Below, piece after piece: positions 40,143-49,502 of a DNA stretch of 64,000 nt. Position 1 is the first letter of the stretch, and the number at the start of each line of letters is the position of its first letter. Origin of the DNA: Candidatus Omnitrophota bacterium (GTDB lineage: Bacteria > Omnitrophota > Gorgyraeia > Gygaellales > Profunditerraquicolaceae); NCBI GenBank assembly GCA_026387335.1, contig JAPLLX010000007.1, forward strand, positions 243 to 64,242, read 5' to 3'. The translations under genes and the position numbers were made by a program. The notes beneath the pieces are model-generated. The model searched no databases. It saw only the letters and a program-made list of their open reading frames with translations, and had not been told where the DNA came from.

Positions 40143-41186
40143 ATGGCGGAATGTAACGTGAAACAGTTATCTTTTTTAGACAGGTTTCTGACGCTCTGGA
40201 TATTCCTGGCGATGGCCTTGGGAGTTCTGCTTGGCTATTTATACCCGCCGATAGTCAGTTTTTGGAATAGATTTCAGGTAGGAACGACCAATATCCCTAT
40301 TGCCGTAGGCCTTATTTTAATGATGTATCCGCCGCTGGCCAAGGTTAAATACGAAGAAATGGGGGATGTCTTCCGCAATACCAAAATACTAACGCTTTCA
40401 CTTATTCAAAACTGGATAATCGGGCCTGTCCTGATGTTTATTCTGGCCGTGGTATTTTTGAGGGGGTATCCTGAATACATGGCAGGCTTGATTATGATCG
40501 GCCTGGCGCGTTGTATCGCTATGGTCATTGTGTGGAATGAACTGGCCAAAGGTGACACTGAATATTGCGCTGGTCTGGTGGCTTTTAATTCCGTGTTTCA
40601 GGTGCTTTTTTATTCCGTATATGCCTGGATTTTTATTACAGTATTACCGAGCTGGCTGGGACTTAAAGGGTCAATAGTGCGGGTTACTATCGGACAGATC
40701 GCCTGGAGTGTTTTTATTTATCTGGGGATACCGTTTCTGGCCGGGATTATCAGCCGTTTCAGCTTGATTAAACTTAAAGGCCAAGATTGGTATGAACAGA
40801 AGTTTATTCCCCGGATCAGCCCCTTGACGCTTATCGCGCTTCTTTTTACCATAGTGGTTATGTTTTCTTTGAAAGGCGAATATATCGTCAAGATTCCGCT
40901 GGATGTGGTGCGTATAGCGATTCCGCTGGTCATCTATTTCATAGTTATGTTTTTGGTCTCTTTTTATATGGGCAAGAAAGCAGGAGCGGATTATTCCAAG
41001 ACAGCCACGCTTTCTTTTACCGCAGCCAGTAATAATTTTGAGTTAGCGATTGCGGTGGCAGTCGCTGTTTTCGGGATTAATTCCGGCGCTGCGTTTGCCG
41101 CGGTGATAGGGCCGTTAGTAGAAGTTCCTGTCCTGATAAGCCTGGTGAATGTCGCGCTCTACTTTAAAAAGAGGCATTTCGCATGA
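40143..41186 (+). CDS. acr3: Arsenite efflux transporter ACR3
   Basis: N-terminus [23 protein letters not shown] and ACR3 topology. Confidence 0.85.
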   Translation: MAECNVKQLSFLDRFLTLWIFLAMALGVLLGYLYPPIVSFWNRFQVGTTNIPIAVGLILMMYPPLAKVKYEEMGDVFRNTKILTLSLIQNWIIGPVLMFILAVVFLRGYPEYMAGLIMIGLARCIAMVIVWNELAKGDTEYCAGLVAFNSVFQVLFYSVYAWIFITVLPSWLGLKGSIVRVTIGQIAWSVFIYLGIPFLAGIISRFSLIKLKGQDWYEQKFIPRISPLTLIALLFTIVVMFSLKGEYIVKIPLDVVRIAIPLVIYFIVMFLVSFYMGKKAGADYSKTATLSFTAASNNFELAIAVAVAVFGINSGAAFAAVIGPLVEVPVLISLVNVALYFKKRHFA

Positions 41187-41203
41187 AGGGGTGTTTTTAA
41201 AAC

Positions 41204-41231
41204 TTGACAAATATAGAAAGAATGGTATATT
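41204..41231 (+). promoter_or_regulatory. Consensus sigma70-like promoter TTGACA-N16-TATATT heading a ~310-nt leader
   Basis: Direct reading. Near-identical to promoter at 62024..62051. Confidence 0.45.
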
Positions 41232-41456
41232 TAATCCAATAAGGCACAAAGAAGTGTCAAAGATAATACAAAGGCGTTCTTTAATGGGAGCGTCTTTTTG
41301 TTTTATATACACGCTTAATCCTCTTTAATGTTAATTAAATAGAATTAAAGGGGAGCGGGGGAACCAAGTTTTTGGGGCGAATATCTAGAGTTCTAGATTA
41401 GGGATTCTCAATCCGAGCCCGGCAGCTAACCTCGTCAGCATATTTTTGAGGAATGT

Positions 41457-41486
41457 AACCAGAGAAAACATTCTCTGGTTTTTTAT
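41457..41486 (+). terminator. Intrinsic terminator/attenuator inside the ATPase 5' leader (AACCAGAGAA-aaca-TTCTCTGGTT-TTTTAT)
   Basis: Perfect 10-bp stem plus U-tract, ~58 nt upstream of start codon. Confidence 0.55.
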
Positions 41487-41543
41487 TTCAGAAGGAAATA
41501 CACCCGCCACTCCGATATGGCGGGGTGTAATCAGGGGGCTTAT

Positions 41544-44500
41544 ATGAAAATATCAGAATTAGTTTCTAAGGACTCGGTCAATATTAATTTAAAATCCCGG
41601 ACTAAAAAAGCGGCTATAGCTGAAATTATTGACCAGCTATATAAAACCCGCAAGATCAAGAATAAAGAAGAAGTCTTAAAAGCCATCTTAAAAAGAGAAA
41701 GCGAGAATTCTACCGGTATAGGGCATGGCCTTGCTATACCGCATGCCAGGATTGAGAATTTAAGAGAGGCAATGGTTTTTATAGGCATTTCCAAACATGG
41801 CATAGATTTTTCTTCCTTGGATGCGAAGCCAGTGTATATAGTTGTGCTTTTCCTTACTCCACTTTTCGATACCGCTACTCATCTAAAGATTCTATCCAGG
41901 CTTGGCGTAATGTTTAACGATGGGCTGCTCTTGGGAGAACTGAGGAGCGCTTCATCCAGCAATGAACTATACTTTATTCTTAAACAGGGAGATCTTGAAA
42001 GAGATGATTTTCGCGCCTTAAATAAAGAAGAGATATTTCTTGAATTAGAAACCAGCGCTGATGGGCTTACTGAGACAGAAGCAAAAAGTCGCTTAGGAGA
42101 ATATGGTTCCAATAGGTTAAAAAGAATAAAAAAGACTCCCCTTCTAGTGCGTTTTGTCTCTCATTTTACGAATCTTCTCGCTATTTTAATGTGGCTTGGT
42201 AGCGGTTTATCTTTTTGGGCTCAGATGCCGGAAGCCGGATGGGCATGCATAGCGGTAATTTTTATTAATGCGATTTTTAGCTTTTGGCAGGAATTTAAAG
42301 CAGAAAAAGCGATAGAGGCATTAAAGGGACTGCTACCTTCATATGCTCGTGTAATCAGGGGAGGGGAAGAGAAGAAGGTGCTTTTAAGCGACCTGGTGCC
42401 GGGAGATATTATATTTATTGAAGAAGGGGATAGTATTCCAGCAGATGCCAGGATTATCGAGGCTCAGGAGTTAAGAGTTAACAATAGCGCATTTTCCGGA
42501 GAATCTAAGCTTTCGCATAAAATAGCCGAAGGATTTGAAACAAAAGGTGATTTTCTATGGTTAGAAATACCAAATCTTGTATTTGCAGGTACTAGCGTTG
42601 CCTCAGGTATGGGTAAAGCCGTAGTCATTGCTACCGGCATGGGCACAGAAATAGGCAAGATCGCCTATTTGACCCAAACCATTAAAGAAGAATTGAGCCC
42701 TTTGCAGAGAGAGGTAAATCGTATTAGTAAATTGATTGCCGCAATTTCGGTTATTATGGGTTTCGCCTTCTTTTTTGTAGGCTTAGCATTTACTAAGATG
42801 ACCCTTATCGCTTCAACAATGTTTGCCATAGGAATTATCTTAGCCAATGTTCCGCAAGGATTGATGCCTACGCTTACTTTGGCGCTTTCCATGGCTGTGC
42901 AGAGGATGGCAAGGAAACATGCGCTTATTAAGAAGCTTTCTTCAGTAGAAACTCTAGGTTGCACTAGCGTCATCTGTACCGATAAAACAGGTACGCTTAC
43001 TACTAATCAGATGAGTGTCAGGAAAATCTGGATTAATCAGAAGGTGATTGAGATTTCCGGGACCGGTTATGAACCAGTCGGTTCATTTAATTTTGAAGGA
43101 AAAGAGCTTCCTCCAGATTCATTTACAGAGGATAATCTTGAGCTTCTATTGAGGATAGGAAGTTTATGTAATACGGCAAAGTTAGTTGTGCCTTCAGAAT
43201 CTCAAAACTATTGGAGTATTATTGGGGATCCTACAGAAGGGGCTTTATTGACCTTAGCCCAGAAAGCAGGCTTCAATAGTGAGCAAGAACGCAAGGCGCA
43301 TATTCTAGAAAAACGTTTTCCTTTTGATTCGGTCCGTAAAAGAATGAGTTGTATAAATAAGCTCGCTAACGGGGAGTTAAATATCTTTGTTAAAGGAGCG
43401 CCTAAAGAACTCCTGGATCTTTCTACCAAAATAATTCTTGGTCATAAGATTGTTGAATTAACAGCCGAGATAAGGACAGAAATTATTTCCAGAATAAATA
43501 ATTTTGCAGAAGATGGCCTGCGCGTTCTCGGATTTGCTTATCGTAAATTTGAGGGCGAGAATGTTGCAGAGGTTACCGTTCAAACAGTAGAAAATGATTT
43601 AATCTTTATCGGAATAACGGCTATGTATGATCCTCCTCGCCCGGAAGTTAAAGATGCTGTTGCTATTTGCAAAAGAGCGGGCATACGGGTAGTTATGATT
43701 ACAGGCGATTATCAAGTCACAGCTTTGTCCATTGCTAAACAGGTTGGTATTGTTAACTCTGAAGATGCAATTGTTATTACCGGAGCGGAGTTTTCTGATA
43801 TAGATGACGATCAGCTAAAAGAAAGGTTACTTAAGCAAGAGGTTGTATTTGCTCGAGTCAATCCCGAACATAAATTGAGAGTTGTGAATATATTCAAAGA
43901 TTTGGGTAATATCGTAGCTGTTACCGGAGACGGAGTTAACGATGCCCCGGCACTTAAGCGAGCAGATATCGGAGTAGCTATGGGTTTACGCGGGACAGAC
44001 GTGGCTAAAGAATCGGCAGAAATGATACTAACTGACGACAATTTTGCCAGCATTGTTTCGGCTATTGAGGAAGGCCGTGCCGTATTTGACAATATCAAGA
44101 AATTCATTACTTATATTTTTGCGCATCTTGTCCCTGAGGCAATACCGTATATTTTCTATGCCTTGCTTAAAATCCCTGTACCTATTACGGTAATGCAAAT
44201 ATTGGCAATTGATTTGGGTACAGAAACTATTCCCGCGCTTGCATTAGGCGTTGAAAAGCCTGAGCCGGGTATTATGGAACTTGCGCCAAGGCCGAGAAAA
44301 AAGGGGGTTATTGATAAGATAGTGCTTTTCCGCGGTTACATAGTCTTGGGGCTACTTAATACAGCCGCGGTGTTAAGCGCTTATTATTTTGTTCTTTTTC
44401 AAGGAGGATGGAAGCCGGGAATGCAGCTTGAGCCTAATGACACGACATTTACAAATCCTCTGCATCTTAAGGCGATGACTATTGTTTTTGTCGGTATAGT

Positions 44501-44765
44501 GGTTATGCAAATTGCCAACATTTTTGCCTGCCGTAGCGAAAAATACTCAGCATTTAAATTAGGTTTCTTCAATAACAAGCTTATTCTTTGGGGAATTCTC
44601 TTTGAGCTTGTTTTTGCTTCCGTAATAATATATACGCCCTTTGCTCAAAAGATATTTAATACGATTGGCTTGGGATGGCAGGATTGGGGGATATTGTTTG
44701 CATTTATGATTGTTGTATTCTTCCTAGAAGAATTACGAAAAAAGATGTCTGTATTAAAAAGGTAG
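41544..44765 (+). CDS. P-type cation-transporting ATPase (type II, Ca2+/Mg2+-like) with N-terminal PTS-EIIA(Ntr)-like domain
   Basis: EIIA-2 motif GHGLAIPHAR, Cation_ATPase_N, DKTGTLT, MITGD, GDGVNDAPAL. SD cagggggc before ATG 41544 (listed ORF start 41517 lies in a hairpin). Confidence 0.85.
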   Translation: MKISELVSKDSVNINLKSRTKKAAIAEIIDQLYKTRKIKNKEEVLKAILKRESENSTGIGHGLAIPHARIENLREAMVFIGISKHGIDFSSLDAKPVYIVVLFLTPLFDTATHLKILSRLGVMFNDGLLLGELRSASSSNELYFILKQGDLERDDFRALNKEEIFLELETSADGLTETEAKSRLGEYGSNRLKRIKKTPLLVRFVSHFTNLLAILMWLGSGLSFWAQMPEAGWACIAVIFINAIFSFWQEFKAEKAIEALKGLLPSYARVIRGGEEKKVLLSDLVPGDIIFIEEGDSIPADARIIEAQELRVNNSAFSGESKLSHKIAEGFETKGDFLWLEIPNLVFAGTSVASGMGKAVVIATGMGTEIGKIAYLTQTIKEELSPLQREVNRISKLIAAISVIMGFAFFFVGLAFTKMTLIASTMFAIGIILANVPQGLMPTLTLALSMAVQRMARKHALIKKLSSVETLGCTSVICTDKTGTLTTNQMSVRKIWINQKVIEISGTGYEPVGSFNFEGKELPPDSFTEDNLELLLRIGSLCNTAKLVVPSESQNYWSIIGDPTEGALLTLAQKAGFNSEQERKAHILEKRFPFDSVRKRMSCINKLANGELNIFVKGAPKELLDLSTKIILGHKIVELTAEIRTEIISRINNFAEDGLRVLGFAYRKFEGENVAEVTVQTVENDLIFIGITAMYDPPRPEVKDAVAICKRAGIRVVMITGDYQVTALSIAKQVGIVNSEDAIVITGAEFSDIDDDQLKERLLKQEVVFARVNPEHKLRVVNIFKDLGNIVAVTGDGVNDAPALKRADIGVAMGLRGTDVAKESAEMILTDDNFASIVSAIEEGRAVFDNIKKFITYIFAHLVPEAIPYIFYALLKIPVPITVMQILAIDLGTETIPALALGVEKPEPGIMELAPRPRKKGVIDKIVLFRGYIVLGLLNTAAVLSAYYFVLFQGGWKPGMQLEPNDTTFTNPLHLKAMTIVFVGIVVMQIANIFACRSEKYSAFKLGFFNNKLILWGILFELVFASVIIYTPFAQKIFNTIGLGWQDWGILFAFMIVVFFLEELRKKMSVLKR

Positions 44766-44796
44766 AATTGATGCGATGATAAAAAGGAGGGGAAAG

Positions 44797-45162
44797 ATGA
44801 AAAAGACTATTTATGTTTTGTTCGTGTTTGGCTTTGTTTGTTCTCTCTCTCTCGTTAAATCGACTCTAGCGGTCGTGCCTGCCCCGATTTCCCCGCAAGA
44901 CTTGGGAATTGTGACTGTTACCGGGAAAATCGAATCCATATCCAAGGAATGTTCTTCAGAAGGGGTGATGGCAGCGATCACTATTGTTGATAAGATTGGG
45001 AAAAGGGTGGTCGTAGAAGTCAAGGCGGATACGGTGATTTATGACGAAGGCGGGAAAACTATCGCTTTGGATAAGGTTCAAAAAGGCGATAAAGTCATCA
45101 TTGAATACCGAGAAGCGAGAAAGACGGTAGAGAAAGCAGAATCCATCAAATTGACAAGATAG
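44797..45162 (+). CDS. Hypothetical secreted protein
   Basis: Signal peptide MKKTIYVLFVFGFVCSLSLV. SD aaaaggagg. Confidence 0.4.
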   Translation: MKKTIYVLFVFGFVCSLSLVKSTLAVVPAPISPQDLGIVTVTGKIESISKECSSEGVMAAITIVDKIGKRVVVEVKADTVIYDEGGKTIALDKVQKGDKVIIEYREARKTVEKAESIKLTR

Positions 45163-45182
45163 GGGTTAACCGTACAATTTAG

Positions 45183-45263
45183 TGCGGAAGGAGGGAGTTG
45201 AACCCTCAAGGGTTTCCCCACATGCTTCTGAGACATGCGCGTATGCCATTCCGCCACTTCCGC
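45183..45263 (-). tRNA. tRNA-Leu (anticodon CAG), type II
   Basis: Hand-folded: acceptor GCGGAAG/CTTCCGC, 3-bp D stem, anticodon loop CTCAGAA, variable arm, T-arm GAGGG-TTCAACT-CCCTC, discriminator A, no encoded CCA. Confidence 0.7.
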
Positions 45264-45383
45264 ATTGTGAGCCATTTAAGTATAGCCTAGCCCGCCTCTC
45301 CTGTCAAACATAAAAGCATTGCCTGCCCATTGTTTTATTGTTATAATATTAATCTTAAACTATTCACAATAAGAGGGTAAATT

Positions 45384-46340
45384 ATGCCTTTAGAGCACTT
45401 TAAGATTACCGGGATTGCTGTATCCCAGATCTTCCTTCTGGCGGCCATGGGCTTTTTTTTGGTTAAAAGGAAGTTTCTGGAGGGCGCGGGGCTGGATGCT
45501 GTCAGTAATTTGGTTTTGGACGTTACCCTGCCGGTGCTTATTTTCTGCCAACTAATCAAGGATTTCTCTTTTCAGGCGTATCCGGACTGGTGGATTTTTC
45601 CCTTACTGAGTATTGGCGTTACGGTCATAGGTTTGGTTGTTGGGTTCTTGCTCCTGCCTTTGATAAAAGGAGAGCAGCATAAATTACAATTTTTAAGCCT
45701 GGTCGGGTTTCAGAATTCCGGATATTTACCTTTGGCGCTGGCAGCGGCTTTGCTTGCGCAAGGGGAATTAAACGCGATGTTTATCTATCTGTTTTTATTT
45801 CTCTGCGGGTTTAACCTGGTGATGTTTTCCGTCGGTGTGTACATATTGAATTTCCATAAAGAGAGAAAATTCGATTGGCAAAACTTTTTGAGTATGCCGG
45901 TTACGGTCACCTTATTTAGCCTGTTAATTATATTTTTTGGTTTAAATAAATTTGTTCCGGATGCCGTTATTAAGCCGTTAAGGATGCTGGGGGATAGCAC
46001 TCTGCCTTTAGCTATGCTGGTAGTGGGAGGAAACCTGGCTGAATTAAATCTTAAGAATATTAATAAGAGAGCGATTTCGCTGTTGATATTGGCAAAAATG
46101 ATTATTCTGCCTGCTATAGGCTTAGGCCTGATTATTGTTTTGGGCATCCCGAAGCTGATAGGTTTACTGATTCTTATCCAGCTGGCTATGCCATCGGCAG
46201 TGACTTTATCGGTAATCTTAAGAAACTATAAAAAAGAGGACCTTTTGGTGAGCCAGGGCATACTCCTTACGCATTTAGCCAGCGTAATCACTATACCCCT
46301 ATTTTTGATTTTATATTTTAGCCGGATTATGCTAAAATGA
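45384..46340 (+). CDS. AEC-family (auxin efflux carrier-like) transporter
   Basis: 10-TM AEC-like profile. Confidence 0.65.
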   Translation: MPLEHFKITGIAVSQIFLLAAMGFFLVKRKFLEGAGLDAVSNLVLDVTLPVLIFCQLIKDFSFQAYPDWWIFPLLSIGVTVIGLVVGFLLLPLIKGEQHKLQFLSLVGFQNSGYLPLALAAALLAQGELNAMFIYLFLFLCGFNLVMFSVGVYILNFHKERKFDWQNFLSMPVTVTLFSLLIIFFGLNKFVPDAVIKPLRMLGDSTLPLAMLVVGGNLAELNLKNINKRAISLLILAKMIILPAIGLGLIIVLGIPKLIGLLILIQLAMPSAVTLSVILRNYKKEDLLVSQGILLTHLASVITIPLFLILYFSRIMLK

Positions 46341-46792
46341 GTAAAATTATCGCTTCTAATCATAAGGGTTACCGGGATTACGCGGTTATCGAATCTTTAG
46401 AGTGCGGTATAGAGCTAAAAGGAAGCGAAGTAAAATCCATCCGCCAGGGTTATATCAACTTGAATGATAGTTTTGCCCGCGTTGAAGAAGGCGAATTGAT
46501 TTTATATAACACGCATATAAATCCTTATACTGAAGCAAGTTATATGAATGTTGAGCCGACAAGAAAACGGCGGCTGCTTCTGCATAAGAACCAAATAGAT
46601 AAAATAGAGGGTAAGCTGACCCAAAAAGGGCTTACCTTGATTCCCTTAAAGGTATATTTTAATGCCAGAGGGTTTGTGAAACTGGAACTCGCTCTGTGTA
46701 AAGGAAAAAAACTCTACGACAAAAGAGATGATATCAAGCGCCGCGAATCGGATCTAACGCTGCGCAGGATCTTGAAAAACAGAAGGAAATAG
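46337..46792 (+). CDS. smpB: SsrA-binding protein
   Basis: SmpB pattern IASNHKGYRDYAVIE...GSEVKSIR. Confidence 0.9.
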   Translation: MSKIIASNHKGYRDYAVIESLECGIELKGSEVKSIRQGYINLNDSFARVEEGELILYNTHINPYTEASYMNVEPTRKRRLLLHKNQIDKIEGKLTQKGLTLIPLKVYFNARGFVKLELALCKGKKLYDKRDDIKRRESDLTLRRILKNRRK

Positions 46793-47222
46793 GGGGTGAA
46801 TTGGGCTCGACTTAGGCCGTCGGGTAAGAGCAGCATGTCGCGGACGCATGGTTAGCCGCGTTAATAACCCGTGCACAATATAAACGCAAGAACAGTATCA
46901 AGTTCTATAGCAAACGAGAGATATAGTGTTGTTCCGCAAATCGGAATGCCTATGTCTTTTCCTGCTATGGCGTTAAAAGCCATTCCTTAATAAAATAAGG
47001 AATGCCTCAATCTGATCTGCCTAAGGGTTGGAATTGAGCGCTAATTTAGGCTGGTCTTCTGCTAGTTGCCTTGCGGCAGGGGATAAGAGCGGTAAAAGGC
47101 TGCGCTTTGCAAATCCTGCCCCGCAGGAGTTGCAAGAGCAAGTTTAAAATGCGGGGCTAAACATGTAGCGGCTTTTATTCGTTTGTTTAAGGACGCCGGT
47201 TCGATTCCGGCCACCTCCACCA
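46792..47222 (+). ncRNA. ssrA: tmRNA (SsrA)
   Basis: 5' GGGGGUGAAUUGGGCUCGAC. 3' GGACGCCGGUUCGAUUCCGGCCACCUCCACCA with G3:U pair. Resume region UAUAGCAAACGAG resembles E. coli UAGUCGCAAACGAC. Tag frame 46910..46987 then UAA UAA. Confidence 0.85.
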
Positions 47223-47250
47223 AATTTTTGCGACAAGCAAAAATTTGGTG
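47220..47250 (+). terminator. Perfect 12-bp hairpin CCAAATTTTTGC-gacaa-GCAAAAATTTGG at tmRNA 3' end (no U-tail)
   Basis: Direct reading. Confidence 0.35.
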
Positions 47251-47263
47251 GCACTCAATAAAT

Positions 47264-48355
47264 ATGAAACCTAAAAACCAGATAATCTTAGCCTTTATTT
47301 TCTGCGCGGTTATTACTTTCTCCGGCTGCGCCACAGCTCCGCTTAAAGAAGCTCTTCCTGTTTACAATATAAAGGGAGCGACTTATTATCCGCTTATTCC
47401 GCTCTGTGAACTAAGAGGAGTAAACTGGCAATACGATACATTCACCAGGATTGTCAGCCTAAGCAAGGGCGCGCATAGGGTAAGCCTTAAGGCCGGGGAT
47501 GATCTAGTCTTGGTAAACCAGAGAGCTTTAATACTTAATCATCCGGTGGATATCTATGAAGGTACAATAGTTGTCCCGGCTAAATTTAAAGAACAGGTTA
47601 TAGATGTATTATTCAAAACGTTAAAATCCACTCCTGCGAAACCCGTAGGTTTTAACATCTCCGCTAAAATCCGGAAGGTGATTATTGACGCCGGCCACGG
47701 CGGTAACGACCCCGGGGCAATAGGCAGGACCGGCTTAAGAGAAAAGGATGTTAACCTGGATATCGCCAAGAGGCTGGCTATACTCCTAAGGTCGGAAGGA
47801 GTCAATGTGGTGATGACCCGCAGCACCGATAGGTTTATCCCTTTGGATATGCGGGTGCAGATCACCAATAACGCCAAGGTGGATTTATTTATAAGTATTC
47901 ATTCCAACGCCAATCATGCAAGAAGCATGAATGGTTTTGAAGTTTATTATGTAGCTACAAGTTTGAATGACGCCAAACGCGCGCTTTTAGCTGCCCGCAG
48001 CGCCAACCTCAATTTAGAGAGCGCGTCTTTTGCCAGTAATTCCCTGGAGCTAAGAGCTATACTTTGGGATATGCTTTATGCTTATGACCGCGCGGAGTCA
48101 ATACAATTGGCCCGCAATATTTGTAAATCGGTCGGCAGTAATATGGATGTCCGGGTCATCGGAGTAAAAGACGCGCGTTACGAAGTTTTGCGCGGGGCGC
48201 GTGTGCCGGCGGTTTTAGTCGAAACCGGATTTTTATCTAATTATAAAGAAGAGCGTATGCTTAAAAATGGATATTACCGCCAGAAGGTCGCGGAAAGTAT
48301 AATGGAAGGCCTGCGCGATTACGCTCAAGGATTAGCATCAACGGAGGGCGTTTAA
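47264..48355 (+). CDS. amiC: Lipoprotein N-acetylmuramoyl-L-alanine amidase (AMIN + Amidase_3)
   Basis: Lipobox FSGCA, IDAGHGGNDPGA motif. Listed ORF start 47183 lies inside the tmRNA. Confidence 0.8.
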   Translation: MKPKNQIILAFIFCAVITFSGCATAPLKEALPVYNIKGATYYPLIPLCELRGVNWQYDTFTRIVSLSKGAHRVSLKAGDDLVLVNQRALILNHPVDIYEGTIVVPAKFKEQVIDVLFKTLKSTPAKPVGFNISAKIRKVIIDAGHGGNDPGAIGRTGLREKDVNLDIAKRLAILLRSEGVNVVMTRSTDRFIPLDMRVQITNNAKVDLFISIHSNANHARSMNGFEVYYVATSLNDAKRALLAARSANLNLESASFASNSLELRAILWDMLYAYDRAESIQLARNICKSVGSNMDVRVIGVKDARYEVLRGARVPAVLVETGFLSNYKEERMLKNGYYRQKVAESIMEGLRDYAQGLASTEGV

Positions 48356-48358
48356 GAG

Positions 48359-49150
48359 ATGAGACCTATAGGAGTTTTTGATTCCGGTGTCGGGGGATTG
48401 ACCGTGGTCAAGGAATTGATCCGTCAGCTTCCGCACGAAAATATAGTCTACTTTGGCGATACCGCGCGTGTGCCTTACGGCATTAAGTCCAAGGAAACAG
48501 TGATCCGTTTTTCTATTGAAAATATCCTTTTTCTTCTAAAGCGCGACGTTAAATTTATCTGCGTTGCCTGTAATACCGTATCTAGCTTTGCGCTCCCGGA
48601 GATTAAAAATCATTTTAGGGTCCCTATCGTCGGCGTGATCACCCCCGGCGCGAGAGAAGCGGTTTATGCCACGCGCAATAAACGCGTAGGAGTTATCGGC
48701 ACTAAGGGCACGGTTAAGAGCCGGGCTTATGAAAAAGAGATCAAACAATTTGATCCTCAGGTCAAAGTCACGGCAGTCGCCTGTCCGTTATTCGTCCCGT
48801 TTGCCGAAGAGGGATGGACCAGCGGCGCAGTTGTTACCACGGTAGCCAAGCATTATTTAAAGCCCCTAAAAGTTGCGGGGGTGGATACAGTCATCCTGGG
48901 GTGCACGCATTATCCGCTGCTTAGAAAAATAATCCAAGATGTACTTGGTAGTAATGTTACTTTGATAGATTCCGCCAAACAAGTGGCTATTGAGGTAAAT
49001 GAAATCTTATCCAACGAAGGCCTGCTGAATAAAAAAGGAAAAGGTAAACAGGATTTTTTTGTCAGTGATAATCCGGAATGGTTTAGCAACCTGGCCCAGC
49101 GTTTTTTAGGCAAGCCGGTAAGAAACGTGAAGAAGGTGAATAATGTATAA
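48359..49150 (+). CDS. murI: Glutamate racemase
   Basis: DSGVGGLTV and GCTHYP motifs. Confidence 0.9.
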   Translation: MRPIGVFDSGVGGLTVVKELIRQLPHENIVYFGDTARVPYGIKSKETVIRFSIENILFLLKRDVKFICVACNTVSSFALPEIKNHFRVPIVGVITPGAREAVYATRNKRVGVIGTKGTVKSRAYEKEIKQFDPQVKVTAVACPLFVPFAEEGWTSGAVVTTVAKHYLKPLKVAGVDTVILGCTHYPLLRKIIQDVLGSNVTLIDSAKQVAIEVNEILSNEGLLNKKGKGKQDFFVSDNPEWFSNLAQRFLGKPVRNVKKVNNV

Positions 49151-49502
49151 AATAAAAATAGAGGGGGATTTTAGCTCCGCGCATAACTTAAGGGGTTACA
49201 AAGGCAAATGCGAAGAGCTGCACGGCCATAATTGGAAGGTAGAAGTCATAGTCGCCAGCAATAAGCTAGATAAGATCGGCATGGTTATGGATTTTAAATT
49301 CTTAAAACAAAAACTCCATAGTCTTTTGGAGAAATTAGACCATAAGTACTTAAATAAACTAGCCTATTTTAAGAAGGTGAATCCTACTTCCGAAAATATC
49401 GCCAAATATTTATATGACCGGCTGAAAACCGAAGCCGCGAATCTTTACTCCGTGACTGTTTGGGAGTCGGATAAGGCCAGCGCCACTTATTATGTTGAAT
49501 AA
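49143..49502 (+). CDS. queD: 6-carboxy-5,6,7,8-tetrahydropterin synthase
   Basis: CEELHGHNW motif. Confidence 0.85.
   Translation: MYKIKIEGDFSSAHNLRGYKGKCEELHGHNWKVEVIVASNKLDKIGMVMDFKFLKQKLHSLLEKLDHKYLNKLAYFKKVNPTSENIAKYLYDRLKTEAANLYSVTVWESDKASATYYVE

Noticed and set aside
41187-41543. Assigning the ATPase leader specifically to the M-box (ykoK) Mg2+ riboswitch
   Set aside because: I could not recognise the M-box conserved core by eye. It is kept only as a generic attenuator/riboswitch candidate pending a covariance-model scan.
47062-47334. Minus ORF and the 47183 plus-strand start overlapping the tmRNA 3' domain
   Set aside because: The region is occupied by the tmRNA tRNA-like domain. 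The amidase gene has a sensible internal start at 47264 (lipoprotein signal).
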